A stretch of DNA of 63,105 nt, counting the filler, from Folioceros fuciformis (lineage: Eukaryota): the NCBI GenBank assembly GCA_049999805.1. It is 15 parts of 15 records of this genome, joined end to end, with 100 filler letters (N's around TTAATTAATTAA, not from the genome) between each part and the next. Parts side by side here need not be neighbours in the genome. Positions count along the whole stretch, not along the records: positions 59,004 to 63,105 come from JBNGIO010002018.1; 14 more parts are not named here. One strand, written 5' to 3'. Shown here piece by piece: positions 60,050 to 63,105 of this stretch. Each line of letters starts with the position of its first letter. Position 1 is the stretch's first letter. The notes beneath the pieces are model-generated. The model worked only from the letters and a program-made list of their open reading frames with translations. It had not been told where the DNA came from and did no database searches. A program made the translations under genes and the position numbers.

Positions 60050-63001
60050 CAATGTGTCAACCACTACACACATTGGACAAAATCATTGCCCATCTGGCAC
60101 TACTTCTAGTGGAGGCTCTAAACAAAAAGTATGCCACCCATCATTGCACCTATCACACAACAACATGCAATGATCACCTCTAGAATCTCCACAACCTGTA
60201 CAAGCAAATCCCTTCCTCGGCACAAAAGCTTGCACATCAATTATCGGGTTCAAGTGAGGTAAATGACATGGTGCACAATTCTTCATGTGTTCCAAACAAG
60301 TTGTACCGTCCTTTCCCTCCAACTCCAGAATTCCATTCAACTTCACACTTTTCATCCTTAATATTACCCTACTCGCACTTGTATCAATTGTTGTCATTGT
60401 CTTCCTCTACAAATATACATAATCTTTAACGTCAAACTTTTTCACCTTAGGCGTGAAATGTCCACTCCTTGTTTTCCTGTATCTTAACTCATCCCTATGG
60501 TGAGCTATTAACAGATTATCCATTGCCATAGGCATTATCCTTCTAAACAACTCTGCTCTATGTGTGACTATCTTTAACTATTTATTAGGATCGTCCAAAT
60601 CCTCTATAGCATTCACCTTGTCTTCTAACATCCTAGATAGCTATGGTCTATGCCCAAACAACAACATGTGCGGTGAAAACTTTCCCAGCGATGCTTTCCT
60701 ACTCATCCTATAACCCATCGCAAGAAATGGTAACATCCTATCCCACTCACTCTTGTCCATTACCAGACAATATTTCCTCAAAGCACTCTTATATGTCTAT
60801 ACCATTCTTTCTGCCAAACCATCAGCCTCCGGGTGATTTCTTGAAGTTACCTATGATCAATAAGGTACTCATTTAAAAATTCATCAAATTCTCCCATAAA
60901 TTCCGTACCTTGATTTGTCAAAACTTATGCACAAGCCCCAAAAACACTCAACACATGATTAAGAAATGCTTCCTTAATGTCATGTGACTTCTTCTCTCTC
61001 AAATGCACCAAAACTATCCAGTTAGAAAAATGTTCTATCATCACCAACACATATTTAAAACCTCTACGCGTGACTAGTAACTCTCCAGCCAAATCTAAAC
61101 TCCACCCATAAAACATCCCCCTAATAGGCAGCGGATGAAGTTGAGAAGTTTTGCCAGAAAAACTTGCCTTCACCCTATCACAAACCTCATAAGTAGCCAG
61201 AAAAACTTGCCTTCACCCTATCACAAACCTCATAAGTAGACACCACCTTCTCAACTACATCCATCATTCCCTTCCAATAATAACTATTCATGAGCAAACT
61301 CAATGTTCTTTTTGTACCAAAATGTCCTAACTCTACATGAATCTTTTTTGCCAAACTCATTCTTTCTTCAGGTTTTGGTACCACCCTCATGTTATCCTTA
61401 AACAACAACTTATTATCAACCCATACATATCTCTTGCTTCGCTTTGTCACCCTATCATTCTACTTCACCGTTAGCGCTTCCTGATTACCACCCGTCATCA
61501 CTCTCTCTAATGTATTCTTATCCTCCCACACATCTACTGGCACCGAAGGAACTCCCAACTCCACCAAATTCACCAGGCATGCCCTCGGTATCCGTCTGGA
61601 CACCACCAGATTACAATCAACCCCAACATTCTTATCAAAATCCTGCCTAGCAATTGTTGAATCCTCTAAACTTCCTAATGGATTCCTTGACAACACATCT
61701 GCATTTGCATGTTTCACTCCGCTCTATGCTCAATAGAAAAATTATACTCCTGCAAAATAAGTGGCCACCTTGCCAACTTTCCTGTCAACTTTTCACTCTT
61801 CATCAACCACTTCAAAGGCTGATGATCCATCACCAACTCAAATTGACCCCCGTACAAATAAGGCCTAAAATGCGATACTGCCCATACCGCCGGAAAACAT
61901 TCCCCATGATACGAGAAATAATTGCTCTCTGCAAAATTGTTACTTCTGCTTGCATATGCTACCACATGCTCTACTCCACTCTTATCATCCTGTGCCAGCA
62001 CTGCTCCCAAACCATGTTTGCTCCAATCTGTATTTAATTTAAAATTTTTGTCAAAATTGGGTCTTGTCAATAAAGGCTTGCTCATCAAAATGTCCTTTAT
62101 CTCCTTAAATGCTCTCTGCTGATCTTCTCCCCAAACCCACACTACATGTTTCTTTAACAACATTGTCATTGGCTCTACCACCACACTGTGGTTTGCCACA
62201 AAATTCTTATCTTCCTCTTCAATTTCAATTTGATTAAAACCACCACTCAAATCCAATGTAACCCTAAACCCGAAACCCAATCGCATCAAAAATTTCCTTT
62301 GGAGTTGGCATTGGATATCTATCCATAGGCGTCACTTCATTAAGCAGCCTATAGTCACCACACATTTTTTTTTTTGTCCAATTACCATGCACATCCTTCT
62401 TTGACGGAAGGACCGTAGCTGCTGCATACTTTGACTCCGAAGACCTTATTAATCCAGCTTCAAGCAACTCTTGACATGTCTTGTCCACAATCTCATTCTC
62501 CAGTTTACTCAAACGATATGGCCTTCTAAAAACCGGTTCAAAAGTTTTAAGCCAAATCTTAAATTTAAACGTCTTGTGCCTGCCCAATTACTTATTGGAA
62601 AAAGCAAATACCTGCTTGCCACTTTCCAAAATCCTTACAAAATCCTCCCTATCCTCCAAAGTTATCTCATCAAAAATATCCCACTGAAAATCCATACATT
62701 CCTGTTTTTCACAGATGTTAATCTCACAGCTTGAGCTAGCCACATTCCCAGCTTTCCTTTCTACATCTACAACCTTTGCCCCATTTCTCATCTGCTTGCT
62801 CTGCTTACCCTCATTACCTAAGACCTCATCATGCTCTCTCATTCTTTTAGTCTCCCCCCTAATGTCTAAACCTACATCTCTTCTTACTTTACCTAGACTA
62901 CGTCTCTCCAACCTTGTGCTTAAAATAACTTTTCGCTTTCTCTTCCACTCCTGATAAACTTTTATAGACATCATAAGCCATCTGACTATATTTAAATCCA
63001 T
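60050..63001 (-). mobile_element. Decayed Ty3/gypsy pol (RT-RNase H-integrase) with a C-terminal PHD finger
   Basis: MCGDYRLLN, TDWS..GLGAVL, DHQPLKWL, H..LGHFG, C..CDR, then CTGC...CDRC...WH.FC...*FCPMC. RT core deleted; 43-bp duplication at 61153-61238. Confidence 0.9.
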
Positions 63002-63105
63002 AGCTTGTCCGAGTTTTTTATTCCTCTACTCAAATGTTAGTTATGCCCTCAACTTGAGTAGTATTTGTATCAAAACCCATCGCCCTCTCTCTCTCCATGG
63101 GAGAT

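Noticed and set aside
1-63105. Treating the host genes as a functional gene cluster
   Set aside because: They lie on separate concatenated contigs; only within-contig adjacency is informative.

Overview
This is eukaryotic nuclear DNA from a seedless land plant. It is not one locus: 15 short contigs are joined by 14 identical artificial 100-bp linkers (N44-TTAATTAATTAA-N44), so adjacency across linkers has no biological meaning. A flagellar CFAP43 gene, short GT-AG introns and a DYW:KP (GRP-type) PPR editing factor point to a hornwort (inference; fern or lycophyte not excluded). Host genes: a receptor-like kinase with a tandem phytocyanin (cupredoxin) ectodomain, probably split over two contigs; CFAP43; V-ATPase subunit F; plastid DHAR; SMG8; a Rad7-like LRR protein; a PDF-motif/PLS-PPR/DYW:KP protein; SOSEKI; an RNI-like LRR protein; and an LEA_2 protein. 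Roughly half the window is nested, decayed retroelements (Ty1/copia, Athila-like and PHD-integrase Ty3/gypsy, and a Tad1-like LINE). Best novelty candidates: (1) the phytocyanin-WAK-like kinase fusion, with one intact type-1 copper site next to the membrane; (2) an OSB-type PDF motif fused to a putative U-to-C editing factor; (3) LTRs with symmetric non-canonical AG...CT ends; (4) a covarying three-way-junction motif repeated in two LTR families. All calls come from reading motifs by eye; no database searches were run.
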